Origin: an uncultured Clostridia bacterium | GTDB lineage: Bacteria; Bacillota; Clostridia; Christensenellales; UBA1242 | Direction of reading: 5' to 3' | Length of the DNA stretch: 64,000 nt | NCBI GenBank assembly: GCA_934771475.1 | Contig: CAKVMD010000003.1 | Location: 14,573 to 78,572 of the forward strand | Shown: positions 48,331 through 58,964 of the stretch, one piece after another | Layout of the letters: the number at the start of each line of letters is the position of its first letter | How positions within the stretch are numbered: position 1 is the first letter of the stretch | Position numbers and translations under genes: made by a program | Notes under the pieces: model-generated | Databases searched by the model: none | The model's input: only the letters and a program-made list of their open reading frames with translations | What the model was told of the DNA's origin: nothing

Positions 48331-49357
48331 TGATTTAACATTTGAAGAACTTAAAGATTATGTGAAGTCCTTGGCTCTTCCAGCATTTAGAGCGGAGCAG
48401 ATTTTTGATGCTGTTTATTCGGGCAAAACGCTTGATGAAATTTCAAACCTGCCAAAAGGTATAAAAGAAATCATTGCAAAAGATTATCCAAAATATGAAA
48501 TTGCCAAAAAGTTTGTTTCGAAAGACGGGACAGAGAAGTACATAATACGCCTGTTTGATGGAAACATTGTTGAATGCGTGCTTATGAAATATAAGTATGG
48601 CTATACAATCTGTGTTTCGACACAGGTGGGCTGTCGTATGGGGTGTAAGTTTTGCGCTTCGACTCTTGGCGGAAGAGTGCGAGATTTGTCTGCTGGCGAA
48701 ATTCTTGCACCGATAATACTTGTAAACAGGGAACAGGGAGGTTCGCACAAAGAGAGAAAAATAACCAACGTTGTGCTTATGGGAAGTGGAGAGCCTCTTG
48801 ATAATTACGACAATGTTGTTAAGTTTCTTGACCTTGTTTCTTCGGCAAAAGGATTTAATATAAGTGAAAGAAATATTTCACTTTCCACATGTGGAATTGT
48901 GGATAAAATTTACGCGCTTGCTGACCTTGAAAAAAGTATAACCCTTACAATTTCTCTTCACGCAACTACTGATGAAAAGCGCAGAGAAATCATGCCTATT
49001 GCAAACAAGTATTCAATCGCCGAAATTTTGAAGGCGTGCAAATATTATTTTAATAAAACAGGACGAAAAATATATTTTGAATATACTCTTATTAAAGGAA
49101 TTAATGATAGAGATGAAGACGCGGATAATTTATCAAAACTTTTAAAAGGTTTTCTTTGCCATGTCAATCTTATTCCGCTCAACCCTGTTAAGGAGCGCTC
49201 ACTTGTTTCGACTGGCAGACTTTTTGCTTATAAATTTATGGACAAACTCAAAGAAAAAGGTGTTTCGGCAACAGTAAGACGCACTATGGGCGAAGATATT
49301 GAAGGTGCGTGCGGACAACTTCGCAACAAAATTCTTAAAGAGGAGGGAAATGCGTGA
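48323..49357 (+). CDS. rlmN: 23S rRNA/tRNA adenine-C2 methyltransferase (radical SAM)
   Basis: CRMGCKFCAS radical-SAM motif and C-terminal GxDIxGACGQL. 8-nt overlap with fmt. Confidence 0.95.
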   Translation: MFSDLTFEELKDYVKSLALPAFRAEQIFDAVYSGKTLDEISNLPKGIKEIIAKDYPKYEIAKKFVSKDGTEKYIIRLFDGNIVECVLMKYKYGYTICVSTQVGCRMGCKFCASTLGGRVRDLSAGEILAPIILVNREQGGSHKERKITNVVLMGSGEPLDNYDNVVKFLDLVSSAKGFNISERNISLSTCGIVDKIYALADLEKSITLTISLHATTDEKRREIMPIANKYSIAEILKACKYYFNKTGRKIYFEYTLIKGINDRDEDADNLSKLLKGFLCHVNLIPLNPVKERSLVSTGRLFAYKFMDKLKEKGVSATVRRTMGEDIEGACGQLRNKILKEEGNA

Positions 49358-50187
49358 GGGGGATAGTAATCACCAAAAATGCAGGGCTTTTTACTGTTGA
49401 AAGTGCTGGAAATCTTTACAATTTGCCCGCCAGTGGTAAGACAAAAGAACATGGTCTTTTTGTGGGGGATGAAGTGGAGTTTGAGGGAGCGATAACCTCA
49501 ATATTGCCTCGCAAAAATTTGCTGATTCGTCCACCAATGGCGAATGTTGACAAACTTTTTATAGTTATTTGTCCCTTGCCAAAACCTGATTTTGTGCTTG
49601 TGGATAAGATCATAATATACTCATACTTAAACGACATTGAGCCAATTTTGGTTATAAACAAAACCGACAGAGCGGACGAGAATTTTATAAGTGAAGTAGA
49701 AAAAAGTTATATTTTTCTAAAAATTATCAAAGTTTGTGCAAAAAATGGTGATATTTTGCCTCTAAAATGTGAAATTAATGGTATTTGCGCTTTTGCTGGG
49801 CAGAGTGCGGTTGGGAAAAGTTCACTTATAAATGCGCTGACTGGAAATGGAAGCGCGGAGGTGGGCGAACTTTCAAAAAAGATTGAGCGAGGAAAGCAAA
49901 CAACAAGAATAGTAAGTCTTTACAAGTTTGAAAATGGATACCTTGCTGACACGGCGGGCTTTTCCATGCTCGACCTTGCGTTTGTAAGTAGTCTAAAAAA
50001 AGAGGAACTTTCCTCCTATTATCCAGATTTTTTGAATGCGCGAGCGCTTTGCAAGTATCGTTCTTGTTTACATAGACATGGAGATTGCGGAGTTATAGCA
50101 AAGGTGAAGAGTGGAGAGATTTCCGCGCTAAGATACAATAACTACTTGAAAATTTTGGATGAACTAGAAAAGAGCGAAAAATTCTAG
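49354..50187 (+). CDS. rsgA: Ribosome small-subunit-dependent GTPase A
   Basis: Circularly permuted GTPase (NKTD before GQSAVGKSSLINAL) and a C-terminal zinc motif CKYRSCLHRHGDCGV. GTG start overlaps the rlmN stop. Confidence 0.9.
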   Translation: MRGIVITKNAGLFTVESAGNLYNLPASGKTKEHGLFVGDEVEFEGAITSILPRKNLLIRPPMANVDKLFIVICPLPKPDFVLVDKIIIYSYLNDIEPILVINKTDRADENFISEVEKSYIFLKIIKVCAKNGDILPLKCEINGICAFAGQSAVGKSSLINALTGNGSAEVGELSKKIERGKQTTRIVSLYKFENGYLADTAGFSMLDLAFVSSLKKEELSSYYPDFLNARALCKYRSCLHRHGDCGVIAKVKSGEISALRYNNYLKILDELEKSEKF

Positions 50188-50269
50188 ATTTTCATAGAAG
50201 ATAATTTCTTAGTAACTAATTTTATTTGACAGCCTAGTAGGTAAAGGCTAAAATGATATAGGAGAGTTT

Positions 50270-50941
50270 ATGAAAAAAAATATCTATATTTCAGTTTCAA
50301 CTGACCCAATAAACGATTTTCAAGACATGGTGGAGTACGCAAAAGAAATGCAAGACAAGGCAGATTTTCTTCATTGTGATGTTATGGACGGAGTTTTTGT
50401 GAAGAAAAAAACAATCTCTGCAAATCATATCAATAACTTAAATCAAAATTCGCTTATACCTCTTGATGTTCACCTTATGTGCAACGAGCCTCTTTCAAAT
50501 ATTTCCGATTACCTTAAAGCAGGGGCGAACATTGTAACAGTACATTATGAGGCGTTTGAAAATAAAAATGACATCATTAAGGCGGTTAAAATGTTAAAGG
50601 AGGCAAACGCACTTGCGGGATTATCATTTAAACCCGATACAGAAGTCAAGGAAATCAAAATGTTCTTACATGACTTTGATGTTATTTTGGTGATGAGTGT
50701 CGAGCCTGGCGCAAGTGGTCAAAAATTTATCAATAACAGCCTTAACAAAATCAAACTTCTTGATGAAATTCGTAGAGAAAATGGTTACAACTATAAAATT
50801 GAAGTTGACGGTGGGGTGAATGAGTCAAATTCACAAGATATTATTGACGCCGGAGCAGATATGCTTGTTAGCGGAAGTTATGTTTATAAGTCAAGCGACC
50901 ATCAGCAAGCGATCGAAAATTTAAGAAAAAGAGACAAATAA
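50270..50941 (+). CDS. rpe: Ribulose-phosphate 3-epimerase
   Basis: HCDVMDG, DVHLM, MSVEPGASGQKF and VDGG motifs. Confidence 0.95.
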   Translation: MKKNIYISVSTDPINDFQDMVEYAKEMQDKADFLHCDVMDGVFVKKKTISANHINNLNQNSLIPLDVHLMCNEPLSNISDYLKAGANIVTVHYEAFENKNDIIKAVKMLKEANALAGLSFKPDTEVKEIKMFLHDFDVILVMSVEPGASGQKFINNSLNKIKLLDEIRRENGYNYKIEVDGGVNESNSQDIIDAGADMLVSGSYVYKSSDHQQAIENLRKRDK

Positions 50942-51232
50942 TCTTGTAAAAACAGCAAAAAAGATAATTTTTTGAAAAATTTTAATTATTTGTCAAAAAG
51001 TTAAAGAAATAAATGAGATTTTATTGGTTAATCTGATAAAGTCTTTTTTTGTTTAAATTTTTATTTCAAGGAAAAACACGCTTTTTGAGCGTAACGCTAT
51101 TTCGACTATAAGCGTTTTATTGCGACAGAGTGAAAGCCAAATGGCAAATAAAAGACTTTACTTTTGCCAAGGAAAATGCTAACATATTAGTAACAATTAT
51201 ACATAAATAAAATTAGTTTTGAGGAGGAATGT

Positions 51233-54200
51233 ATGAAAAAGAAATCCTTGTTAACTTTGGCTTTGGCTTCGTGTATGCTTGTGCCTGGCGCGCTCTCATT
51301 AAGTGCGTGCGGAGGTGCCAAGGATAAAAATCCTGAGTTCACTCAATATGTAAACATGTCCACAGAAATTATGACCTCTTATGGAGTGGATTTGAGTGGG
51401 AGCGAGTCAAGTGGGCTTAATAATGAAAATGCTCAAAATGGAGTAATTCTTGCAAGCGGGCTTTCTTCTGACGAACAGCCTTTCCACAAGCAACTTTTTG
51501 ATAAAGTAAACGCTGACGAAGACAAACTGGAAGCAAACGAAACTATTGGCGTTGTTATGCAAGACTTTTACAAAAGTACTTTTTATTCAACGCTGGCCTG
51601 CGGGAAAGTGCTCACGGACACTTTTGGCTGGACTAGTTTTTACAATGTTGTTGCAAGAGTAATGGTGGATGAAGCACCTTTGGGGGACGGATACTATGTT
51701 GTAAACAAACTCGATGAGTATAATTATCGTTTTATTCTTTTCTCAGATATGGAGAAAGAGGGTGAAACTAGTGGCGCGCCAGAACTTGCGACTATATGTA
51801 ACATTCATTATGTCGATAAAGGTGATTTCTATTTTGAATGTCGCTCTTATTCTCTCTATGGCAAGGGCTTCTCTTATGTTTATGGAAATAGTGATTTAGA
51901 GTTTGCATACTGTCAGTACAGCGAGTATGGCGAGGCTGGGCAAGAGAATTATAATGAAGAATACAAAACCGTTGTTTACAACGGGGCGAGCGCTTATGAA
52001 TCACTTGACAAAAGTGTTGCCCTTTATGGGAAAGATACTATTTTTACTCAGGAATGCATCAATGAAATCGTTGACCAATGCTACGCCTTGAAAGGGCAAG
52101 AAAAGCAAACCATGACTTCTCTTCAATTTCAAGAGGGCATACAATATTATGTTGATACACTCTCAAATGGTGCAAGCACTTCGGTTGGAAGCTTCTTTGT
52201 AATTAGGGATGGCGTATTATCCGATTTTAACTATGTTTATGAGGACGGTAAAACAGACTACACTTATGGCAAGTCAACTATGATTTTGCCAAGGGCGGTT
52301 AAGGCAATAAGGGTCGATTTAGTTTTCCCAGCCGATGTTGAAAAGGTTATCATTCCAAACACTGTTGAATATTTTGATAATCAACGAGCAAGGGGCGAGT
52401 TTAATCCTTTCTGCTTTGCGAGAAAGATGAGTAATGGTGAGGTTGAATATAAAGTTGAAGCCGTTTATGCCGACAACTCCACACTTTGCAAAGTACAAAA
52501 TGAAAACATTTATTACAAAGATAAAGAAGGCAGATTCTTGGTGGGACAATTAAACAATTTGTCAGCGTTCTATGCGGATAATGGCATAACTTCGCTTGGT
52601 CAAATTGAAATAGACGCTAGGGAGAATCCAAACATTTACTCACTTCTTGAAGAAAACATAATCCAGACTTTGAAAGCGCATAATTGTTATAGCGAATATG
52701 TTATAAATCAAATTATTCACGGTGCTGCGAGCCATTCATTATATAATTTAATGGATATCACGATTGATTTTTATTATCAACCATGCTACCTTGATTGGCT
52801 CTATTTAGGTACACCTGAATTTCCTATCACAATAAACAGCTTAACTTTAAAGAACTTACCGGGTGGGAGCCATATCCAAGTCCCAATTGGAGAGGGGGAA
52901 ATTGACGCTGAAACAGGCGATGTCCCAGTAAAGGAAATTAAAAATATCACAGTTGAAAACGCGGAAGAAGGCGCAGTTCTTTCAATTCTAGCAAATAGCA
53001 AAGAACAAAGTGCAAATGGTGAAAAAGCCACAAAAATTGGCAAAATAAACTTGTGTGAAGGATTGGCATCTTTCATTGTTGAGGGCGCCACCGAAACAGA
53101 TGAAACGAGTTTGGTTGTGCCAGAATCAGTTATCGATTTTAATTATCAACCACAATGCTCAGGAGACTTTGAATTAACAATAAACTATATTCAATGGAGT
53201 GGCGGAGAAATGCTTGTCCCTAAGGTGTCAAAAAATCACACCTTGACTATAAATTCAAGAAAGGATAGGGTTGCAAAAAACTATTTCCTTGAAGAAGTAG
53301 AAAGACAAAAAGAAGCGGGCGAACCTTACTCAAATCCACAAAATGGCACAAGCTGGCAAGATTGCAGTGGCGAAGAAGGAATGCTTTATAGCCCTACCAC
53401 AGTTCAGCAGTGGCAAGATATTTTCAACGGACAATATCCTAACATTAAAATTAACTTGCTAAATAAACTTCCTTTTATGCTCAAATTTGATGATTGTGAT
53501 GATTCAGTATTTGCAGAAAATGAATTTTACATAGATGTTAGCGAAGATTTTGCTTTTAATTATATTCACAGAAATAAGATTGACCACTCGGCTGACGAAT
53601 ATGATTTAAGCAAAGATATGGCATTCATATTTGACAAACAAATTGTAGAATTTGAAAACAAATTGACAAAAGAGAAAGGGAAAGGATATGTTATTCCTCT
53701 TGGCGAGGGTGAAAATAATATTACAATAACATATTACACTGATGAGCAAGACAAACAATCATTTAATTTAACTATTTATAGATGTGTTTCTACAACAGTT
53801 GTATATCACTTAGGCGTTTATGAGCCAGAAGAACTCACAATTTCCGAAATTTCGGAAGGCGAAATGGGCGCGGATGGCAAAATAGACACCGTAACCCCAT
53901 TTGAACTTGTAAAGAAAAATGGAGAATGGTGCTATGAGGCGTCTTATACAGAAGATGTTTCTGGGGAAAATATCTTTTCAGTCTATGAATCTTTACGATT
54001 AATTAAAGATAGAGTTTCGCGAAAGTATTACAACCTTACGACTAATGTTTACTTAGATAGAAGTTGTGAAACTCTCTGTGAACCAAAAGTTGCCTTAACA
54101 AGCGAAGAGCTTAATGTTTACCTCAAATGGGAAGAGTGGCGAATTTCATACAAAGTTTATAGGCGAATTTCATACCTAGGCGATGAAAGATACAATTATG

Positions 54201-56773
54201 CCGACTATAACGAAATGTGGGATGAGTCTATTTTAATGAGTCAGACCGTTGATTTAACCAAATTTGTTCCAACATTGAAATATTACAAGTTTGAAGGTTG
54301 GTATAACTTCAATGTGGTTAGGTCAGAGCGTCTTTATAACTACACTGATTTTGATTTCAGCAAAGGCGAAAAACTTGAATCATTGACTGGTAAATATATT
54401 TACGACTTTTTAAACGGAGATGAGTACATTTCTTATGATGATGACTACTATGGATTTTATCTCGTTGCGCACTTTGTCCCAGTTGATTATAGGTTGGTTG
54501 TAGATTACAGAGATTTGGAAAATGACGGAGTCGTTGCGAAAGAGATAACCTTTAACATCGAAAACTACCGCTCTCTTGATTTGCCAGTGCTTACCAACAC
54601 CCCAACGGGATATGCGTTTGAAGGTTATGGTTTGCAACGCGACATGGGCGATGTAGAAGGCAAGGCGGGATGTTATACAAACGAGTATGTTGTGAGCGAA
54701 CATGTTGCATATTATAGAAACGGTAGCTTTAAATTCTCTGAGGATACTATTTCGCTTATAGATCAACTTCCAGAAGACCTCACTGCACCTATTCAGCCAG
54801 TTGTTATCTACGCAAACTTTTTGGCAATTAAATATACATTAACACAAATTAGGTACGATGTGGACGAGTACGATTATCAAACATCCCCACTTAGAACATG
54901 TACATTCAATGTCGAAGAAGAAGTAGAACTTTACAAAAGTGGAGATGAAAAATATTTTGGTGTTAAATGGTATACCGAAAAGAACGGAGAAGGCGTAGAA
55001 TACACCAAAATCGAAAAAGGAACTCATCAAAATATCACTCTTTACAGCAAATGCACGCCAAAGTCATGCACAGCTAATGTTATTTATCAAACTGTTACGC
55101 AAATTAACGAAACAGAATACAGGTGTGTAAACCAAGAAACAAAGACTTATACTGGCTTTACGACTGAGCCAAAAGAGACGCACATTCCTTTTGACTACAA
55201 AGTTCCAGAAAACTATGTGGAAAACAAAAAGATTTACGGCGGTTTGTCGCTCGGACAAAGAGGAGATATCGCTGATTATGAAAAGTTCGCTACTGAGGTA
55301 GGAGAAGATGTTCTATTTCCTAGAAAAAAATTGCATTATTACTCGCACAATGATACTTTGGTGGCCGATATCTATATCATGATTGAATGCGACTATTTGC
55401 TCACCTTTAACGTAAAAGAAACGGGCGCCGAATATTATTACGAGAGCGAAGAGAATGACCCATACTGCGGACAAAGACTTACCCTCCAAGAGAAGGGTAT
55501 CAGCATTGAATATGCAGATGACGCGCATAAACTTATCAAGTCATTTACTTATAGAGTTAATGGTGCAACATTTGCGAAAAACAAAGATGCTGATGGAAAA
55601 ATCAAAAAGGTTTATCTCCCATTATTCAAGAAAGATGGATATTATATTCAAGATATTTACAGCAAAGGTGGCGATTACTCAAACAATAACACAATAGATA
55701 TTATAGGTTGGGGACAATATATCCACGAAGAAAATCAGTATGCTAAGTATGAAAAGGCTTACATTAATAATTATGAAAGCCCAGCACAGTACACATGGAA
55801 CTGGTATGGATTTGCCACATATCACAACTACTTGCACTTAGATGAAACGGGCGAAAACCTTGTCTATGATGACTTTAAAATATGCATGAGCAGATTTGCT
55901 GAAAGTAATGGCATGTTTAAAGTTATTAACATGAATTCACAATACGCTTTTGATAAGTATATCAAGAATGGTGAGAACAATTTCCAATGGGATGATTACA
56001 ATCAATTTATTTATAAAGATAAATATTTTACTTCATCAATGCTTCTTGTTGGTGATAAGTATGATAGCACTGCAAATGACCAAATTCTTGTTGACATCAC
56101 AGAGCCAGCGGATTTCTATTTTAGACAAAGAGTTGAATTTAGGTTTGAATTCATTTCAGAAGACAGCACAGAGGAAAAAGAGTCTTACTATATTGCCAAA
56201 AAGTACATCTACCTTGACACTATAAAAAATAAGGATGAATTTGTATTTGACACCGCCGACTATTCTCTTGAAAAAATTAGAGATACTGCGGATGTTTGCG
56301 ATATCGAGATTTCTAAACTTTGTGGCAAATATGACATTGTCGAATGGAATAACTACTTTAATGGAGAGAGTTCTCCTATCACTGTTCCACTCGAATACAA
56401 CGTTTATAGTTTTATCCTCAGCCACACAAGTTATAAGAGCGATGGAACAAATGTATTCAGCGTTAAAATTGGAATTGCTCCTCGCATTGACTTTGTAAGA
56501 GTGATTGACGGCGTAGAAACAACCATTCACACTGTCAACATAACTGGCTTTGATACTAGATGGAACTATACAACTAAATTTGAAGATTTGCCTGCAAATT
56601 ATGCATCGCAAACACTCTTATCAAGTTATAATGTTGCAATCAAACAAAAATTTACAAGTGGCACATTTGGTGGGAAATATTATGCTTCATATAATTCTCA
56701 AACTCAGACATACTCTGACGCAATAACCTCGCTTACTGGACTTGCAAGATATCAAAAGATATATGTCGTTTAA
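51233..56773 (+). CDS. Giant (1846 aa) acidic lipoprotein of unknown function with Listeria/Bacteroides-repeat-like segments
   Basis: Lipobox LSLSAC at Cys26 and a GAGGAGG RBS. Segments YKFEGWYNF, GYAFEGYG and GVKWYTEKNGEGVEYTKIEKGTHQNITLYSKC resemble Flg_new/InlB-B repeats. The rest is unassigned. Confidence 0.85.
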   Translation: MKKKSLLTLALASCMLVPGALSLSACGGAKDKNPEFTQYVNMSTEIMTSYGVDLSGSESSGLNNENAQNGVILASGLSSDEQPFHKQLFDKVNADEDKLEANETIGVVMQDFYKSTFYSTLACGKVLTDTFGWTSFYNVVARVMVDEAPLGDGYYVVNKLDEYNYRFILFSDMEKEGETSGAPELATICNIHYVDKGDFYFECRSYSLYGKGFSYVYGNSDLEFAYCQYSEYGEAGQENYNEEYKTVVYNGASAYESLDKSVALYGKDTIFTQECINEIVDQCYALKGQEKQTMTSLQFQEGIQYYVDTLSNGASTSVGSFFVIRDGVLSDFNYVYEDGKTDYTYGKSTMILPRAVKAIRVDLVFPADVEKVIIPNTVEYFDNQRARGEFNPFCFARKMSNGEVEYKVEAVYADNSTLCKVQNENIYYKDKEGRFLVGQLNNLSAFYADNGITSLGQIEIDARENPNIYSLLEENIIQTLKAHNCYSEYVINQIIHGAASHSLYNLMDITIDFYYQPCYLDWLYLGTPEFPITINSLTLKNLPGGSHIQVPIGEGEIDAETGDVPVKEIKNITVENAEEGAVLSILANSKEQSANGEKATKIGKINLCEGLASFIVEGATETDETSLVVPESVIDFNYQPQCSGDFELTINYIQWSGGEMLVPKVSKNHTLTINSRKDRVAKNYFLEEVERQKEAGEPYSNPQNGTSWQDCSGEEGMLYSPTTVQQWQDIFNGQYPNIKINLLNKLPFMLKFDDCDDSVFAENEFYIDVSEDFAFNYIHRNKIDHSADEYDLSKDMAFIFDKQIVEFENKLTKEKGKGYVIPLGEGENNITITYYTDEQDKQSFNLTIYRCVSTTVVYHLGVYEPEELTISEISEGEMGADGKIDTVTPFELVKKNGEWCYEASYTEDVSGENIFSVYESLRLIKDRVSRKYYNLTTNVYLDRSCETLCEPKVALTSEELNVYLKWEEWRISYKVYRRISYLGDERYNYADYNEMWDESILMSQTVDLTKFVPTLKYYKFEGWYNFNVVRSERLYNYTDFDFSKGEKLESLTGKYIYDFLNGDEYISYDDDYYGFYLVAHFVPVDYRLVVDYRDLENDGVVAKEITFNIENYRSLDLPVLTNTPTGYAFEGYGLQRDMGDVEGKAGCYTNEYVVSEHVAYYRNGSFKFSEDTISLIDQLPEDLTAPIQPVVIYANFLAIKYTLTQIRYDVDEYDYQTSPLRTCTFNVEEEVELYKSGDEKYFGVKWYTEKNGEGVEYTKIEKGTHQNITLYSKCTPKSCTANVIYQTVTQINETEYRCVNQETKTYTGFTTEPKETHIPFDYKVPENYVENKKIYGGLSLGQRGDIADYEKFATEVGEDVLFPRKKLHYYSHNDTLVADIYIMIECDYLLTFNVKETGAEYYYESEENDPYCGQRLTLQEKGISIEYADDAHKLIKSFTYRVNGATFAKNKDADGKIKKVYLPLFKKDGYYIQDIYSKGGDYSNNNTIDIIGWGQYIHEENQYAKYEKAYINNYESPAQYTWNWYGFATYHNYLHLDETGENLVYDDFKICMSRFAESNGMFKVINMNSQYAFDKYIKNGENNFQWDDYNQFIYKDKYFTSSMLLVGDKYDSTANDQILVDITEPADFYFRQRVEFRFEFISEDSTEEKESYYIAKKYIYLDTIKNKDEFVFDTADYSLEKIRDTADVCDIEISKLCGKYDIVEWNNYFNGESSPITVPLEYNVYSFILSHTSYKSDGTNVFSVKIGIAPRIDFVRVIDGVETTIHTVNITGFDTRWNYTTKFEDLPANYASQTLLSSYNVAIKQKFTSGTFGGKYYASYNSQTQTYSDAITSLTGLARYQKIYVV

Positions 56774-56937
56774 GCTGAAATCCTTTGCGGGAGGGGCGTT
56801 TAAAAAGTGCAACCATAAAGCAAATTAAACAAAAAAGTAGGAAGAGAAAATTCTTTTCCTATTTTTTTACTTATTTTTCAACTATTTTTGTTAAATTCTT
56901 CCTATTTTGGTGATATTTTTTCTAATTTCTATTTATT

Positions 56938-57174
56938 TTAGCCCTCCACAAAGACTACATTGCCACAAAGCACGTCATAATATGAAAATGTTTGCAAACC
57001 TTGTTTGCTCTCCTTTACGACAACAGTAAAAACGCTGGGATAAACATCTTTTATTACTCCGCTCACTGATTCAATCCTTTTTCGTCCGCGATTAATGTTC
57101 ATTTCAACTGTTTCGCCTTTTAATGCTAAAATTTTAGACTTTACTCCGCCTATATCCAGTGTGGTTCTACGCAT
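56938..57174 (-). CDS. veg: Veg protein (DUF1021)
   Basis: KILALKGETVEMNINRGRKRIESVSGVIKDVYPSVFTV...FSYYDVLCGNV is colinear with B. subtilis Veg. Start trimmed to the ATG after GAGAGGTG. Confidence 0.85.
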   Translation of the reverse strand: MRRTTLDIGGVKSKILALKGETVEMNINRGRKRIESVSGVIKDVYPSVFTVVVKESKQGLQTFSYYDVLCGNVVFVEG

Positions 57175-57282
57175 GGGCACCTCTCTTTTTAAAAAAATAT
57201 TGACTCTTTTTAAGAATTTTAAACCTTTTGTCATAATTTTTCGCGCCCTTGCGTAAGTTATTGCGTAAGAGAGGAGGAGATA

Positions 57283-58797
57283 ATGGCTTTTGCAGAAAAC
57301 AATTTTTTGGTGGCTAACAAAATTCAATTAGACAAAAAGCAGTTTGAAGTTGAGTGCAATGTTGATGGAGGGTGCGCTGTTAAAAAAGTTTTAACAGTTG
57401 CTTGCACTCCGATGGTTGAAGGTAGTGAAGTGCTTAATGGCGTTGTGAACTACTCTGGCACTATTGATTTAAGGGTTGTTTTTGAAACCGAAGAGGGGGG
57501 AATTGACACCGCAAATGCAACTTGTCCTTTTTCGTCAAAGTTTGAAAATGAAGAGATTAGCGTGGGGCAGACAGCAAACATTGTTGTAAGAGTGATTGAC
57601 TTTGACGCTACAAGTGTATCTGGCGCGGATATTAAAGTTTTGGTTACTCTTGAAGAGGGTGGTTTTGTTATCGGCAACAAAGAAATTAAATCAATCTCAA
57701 CCGATGATGACACTGTTTGCGCAAGAGAGGAAGACATTAAGGTTGTAAAATATCTCACCTCTGCAAGCGAGACTTTTACTCTTCAAAGTGAAATAAATCT
57801 AAGAGACAAAGTCAAGAAACTTCTTGCAAGCGAAAGCATGGCGTGCGTAAAATCTGTTGAGGCGGGTTCAAATTTTGTTACTGTCAGCGGAGAGACTGTT
57901 TCGAGAGTGCTCTATTTAAGTGAAAACGACAAGTTTGAATGTGGATATGTTTATGACACTTTCAAAGAGGAACTTGAAGTCGAGGGCGTAAACCGTGATA
58001 GCATGGTTGAGGCGGGCGTGTTTGTAGACATGAGAAAAACAGAGGTCGAAATTGTGGAGGATGACAAGGGTAGCAAGATAGTTATTAAACCTGTTATAAC
58101 TATTATGGTTCACGCTTGCGCCGAGGAAGAGGTTGGAGTGATAAAAGACCTTTACTGCACAAAGAATGACCTTGCAATTACAACTGAATCATTTTCAAAT
58201 TCTCTTCCATGCCAAATGGAAGTTGTGGAAGGGAAAATTGAAGGTTCACTTTCGCTTGATGAGGATGCTCCAAGAGTTGACAAAATTTTGTTTAATGGTG
58301 GCAACAGTGTAACTATCACAAACGCCTTTGTAAAAGATGAACAAATTGTTATTGAGGGTGTTGCAAGAACAACAGTTGTCTACCTTAATGATGAGACAGG
58401 CTCGCTAAACAGCGTTCAACTTGATTTTCCTTTCACAATCGATGACAAAACAGATTTTGCTGATAGTGATGTCATTTCTGCAAGCATCATTATGAGCGAT
58501 GTTGATGTGGCGGTTAAGAAAGGAAGAGACCTATTCTTTGATGCAAAAGTTAAAGTAACAGTCAATGGTTGCAAAATCGCCGTAAGCGGAGTGATAACAC
58601 AAGTAACAACTGGTGAAGAGTATGCCGAAAAGGATTATGCAATGGAAGTCGTTTTTGCCAAGGCTGGCGATGAGGCTTGGGACATAGCCAAGAGGGCAAA
58701 AGTCAAAGAAGCTCAACTTTTGGCGCAAAATGAAAATGTTATTTTCCCACTGGCAGAGGATACCTCACTCGTGTTATTTTATCAAAAAGTTCAATAA
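57283..58797 (+). CDS. SipL-like spore morphogenetic protein (DUF3794 repeats with a degenerate C-terminal LysM-like motif)
   Basis: Repeated beta-rich segments typical of DUF3794. Its size (504 aa) is similar to what I recall for C. difficile SipL. The C-terminus AKAGDEAWDIAKRAKVKEAQLLAQN resembles LysM. Sits in a veg/spoVG neighbourhood. Confidence 0.5.
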   Translation: MAFAENNFLVANKIQLDKKQFEVECNVDGGCAVKKVLTVACTPMVEGSEVLNGVVNYSGTIDLRVVFETEEGGIDTANATCPFSSKFENEEISVGQTANIVVRVIDFDATSVSGADIKVLVTLEEGGFVIGNKEIKSISTDDDTVCAREEDIKVVKYLTSASETFTLQSEINLRDKVKKLLASESMACVKSVEAGSNFVTVSGETVSRVLYLSENDKFECGYVYDTFKEELEVEGVNRDSMVEAGVFVDMRKTEVEIVEDDKGSKIVIKPVITIMVHACAEEEVGVIKDLYCTKNDLAITTESFSNSLPCQMEVVEGKIEGSLSLDEDAPRVDKILFNGGNSVTITNAFVKDEQIVIEGVARTTVVYLNDETGSLNSVQLDFPFTIDDKTDFADSDVISASIIMSDVDVAVKKGRDLFFDAKVKVTVNGCKIAVSGVITQVTTGEEYAEKDYAMEVVFAKAGDEAWDIAKRAKVKEAQLLAQNENVIFPLAEDTSLVLFYQKVQ

Positions 58798-58964
58798 TAG
58801 TTCTTATGATTATTTACCTTTATACTCACTTACCGCAAAAGTTAACGAAAAAAATGTGAAATAATTAATAAAGTCAAAAAAACACAAAAAATGCTCTAAA
58901 ATGGGCATTTTTTTGTGCAAAAACATTCTTTTTTAGTCAATTATTCTACTAAGAGGTTGTTTCT

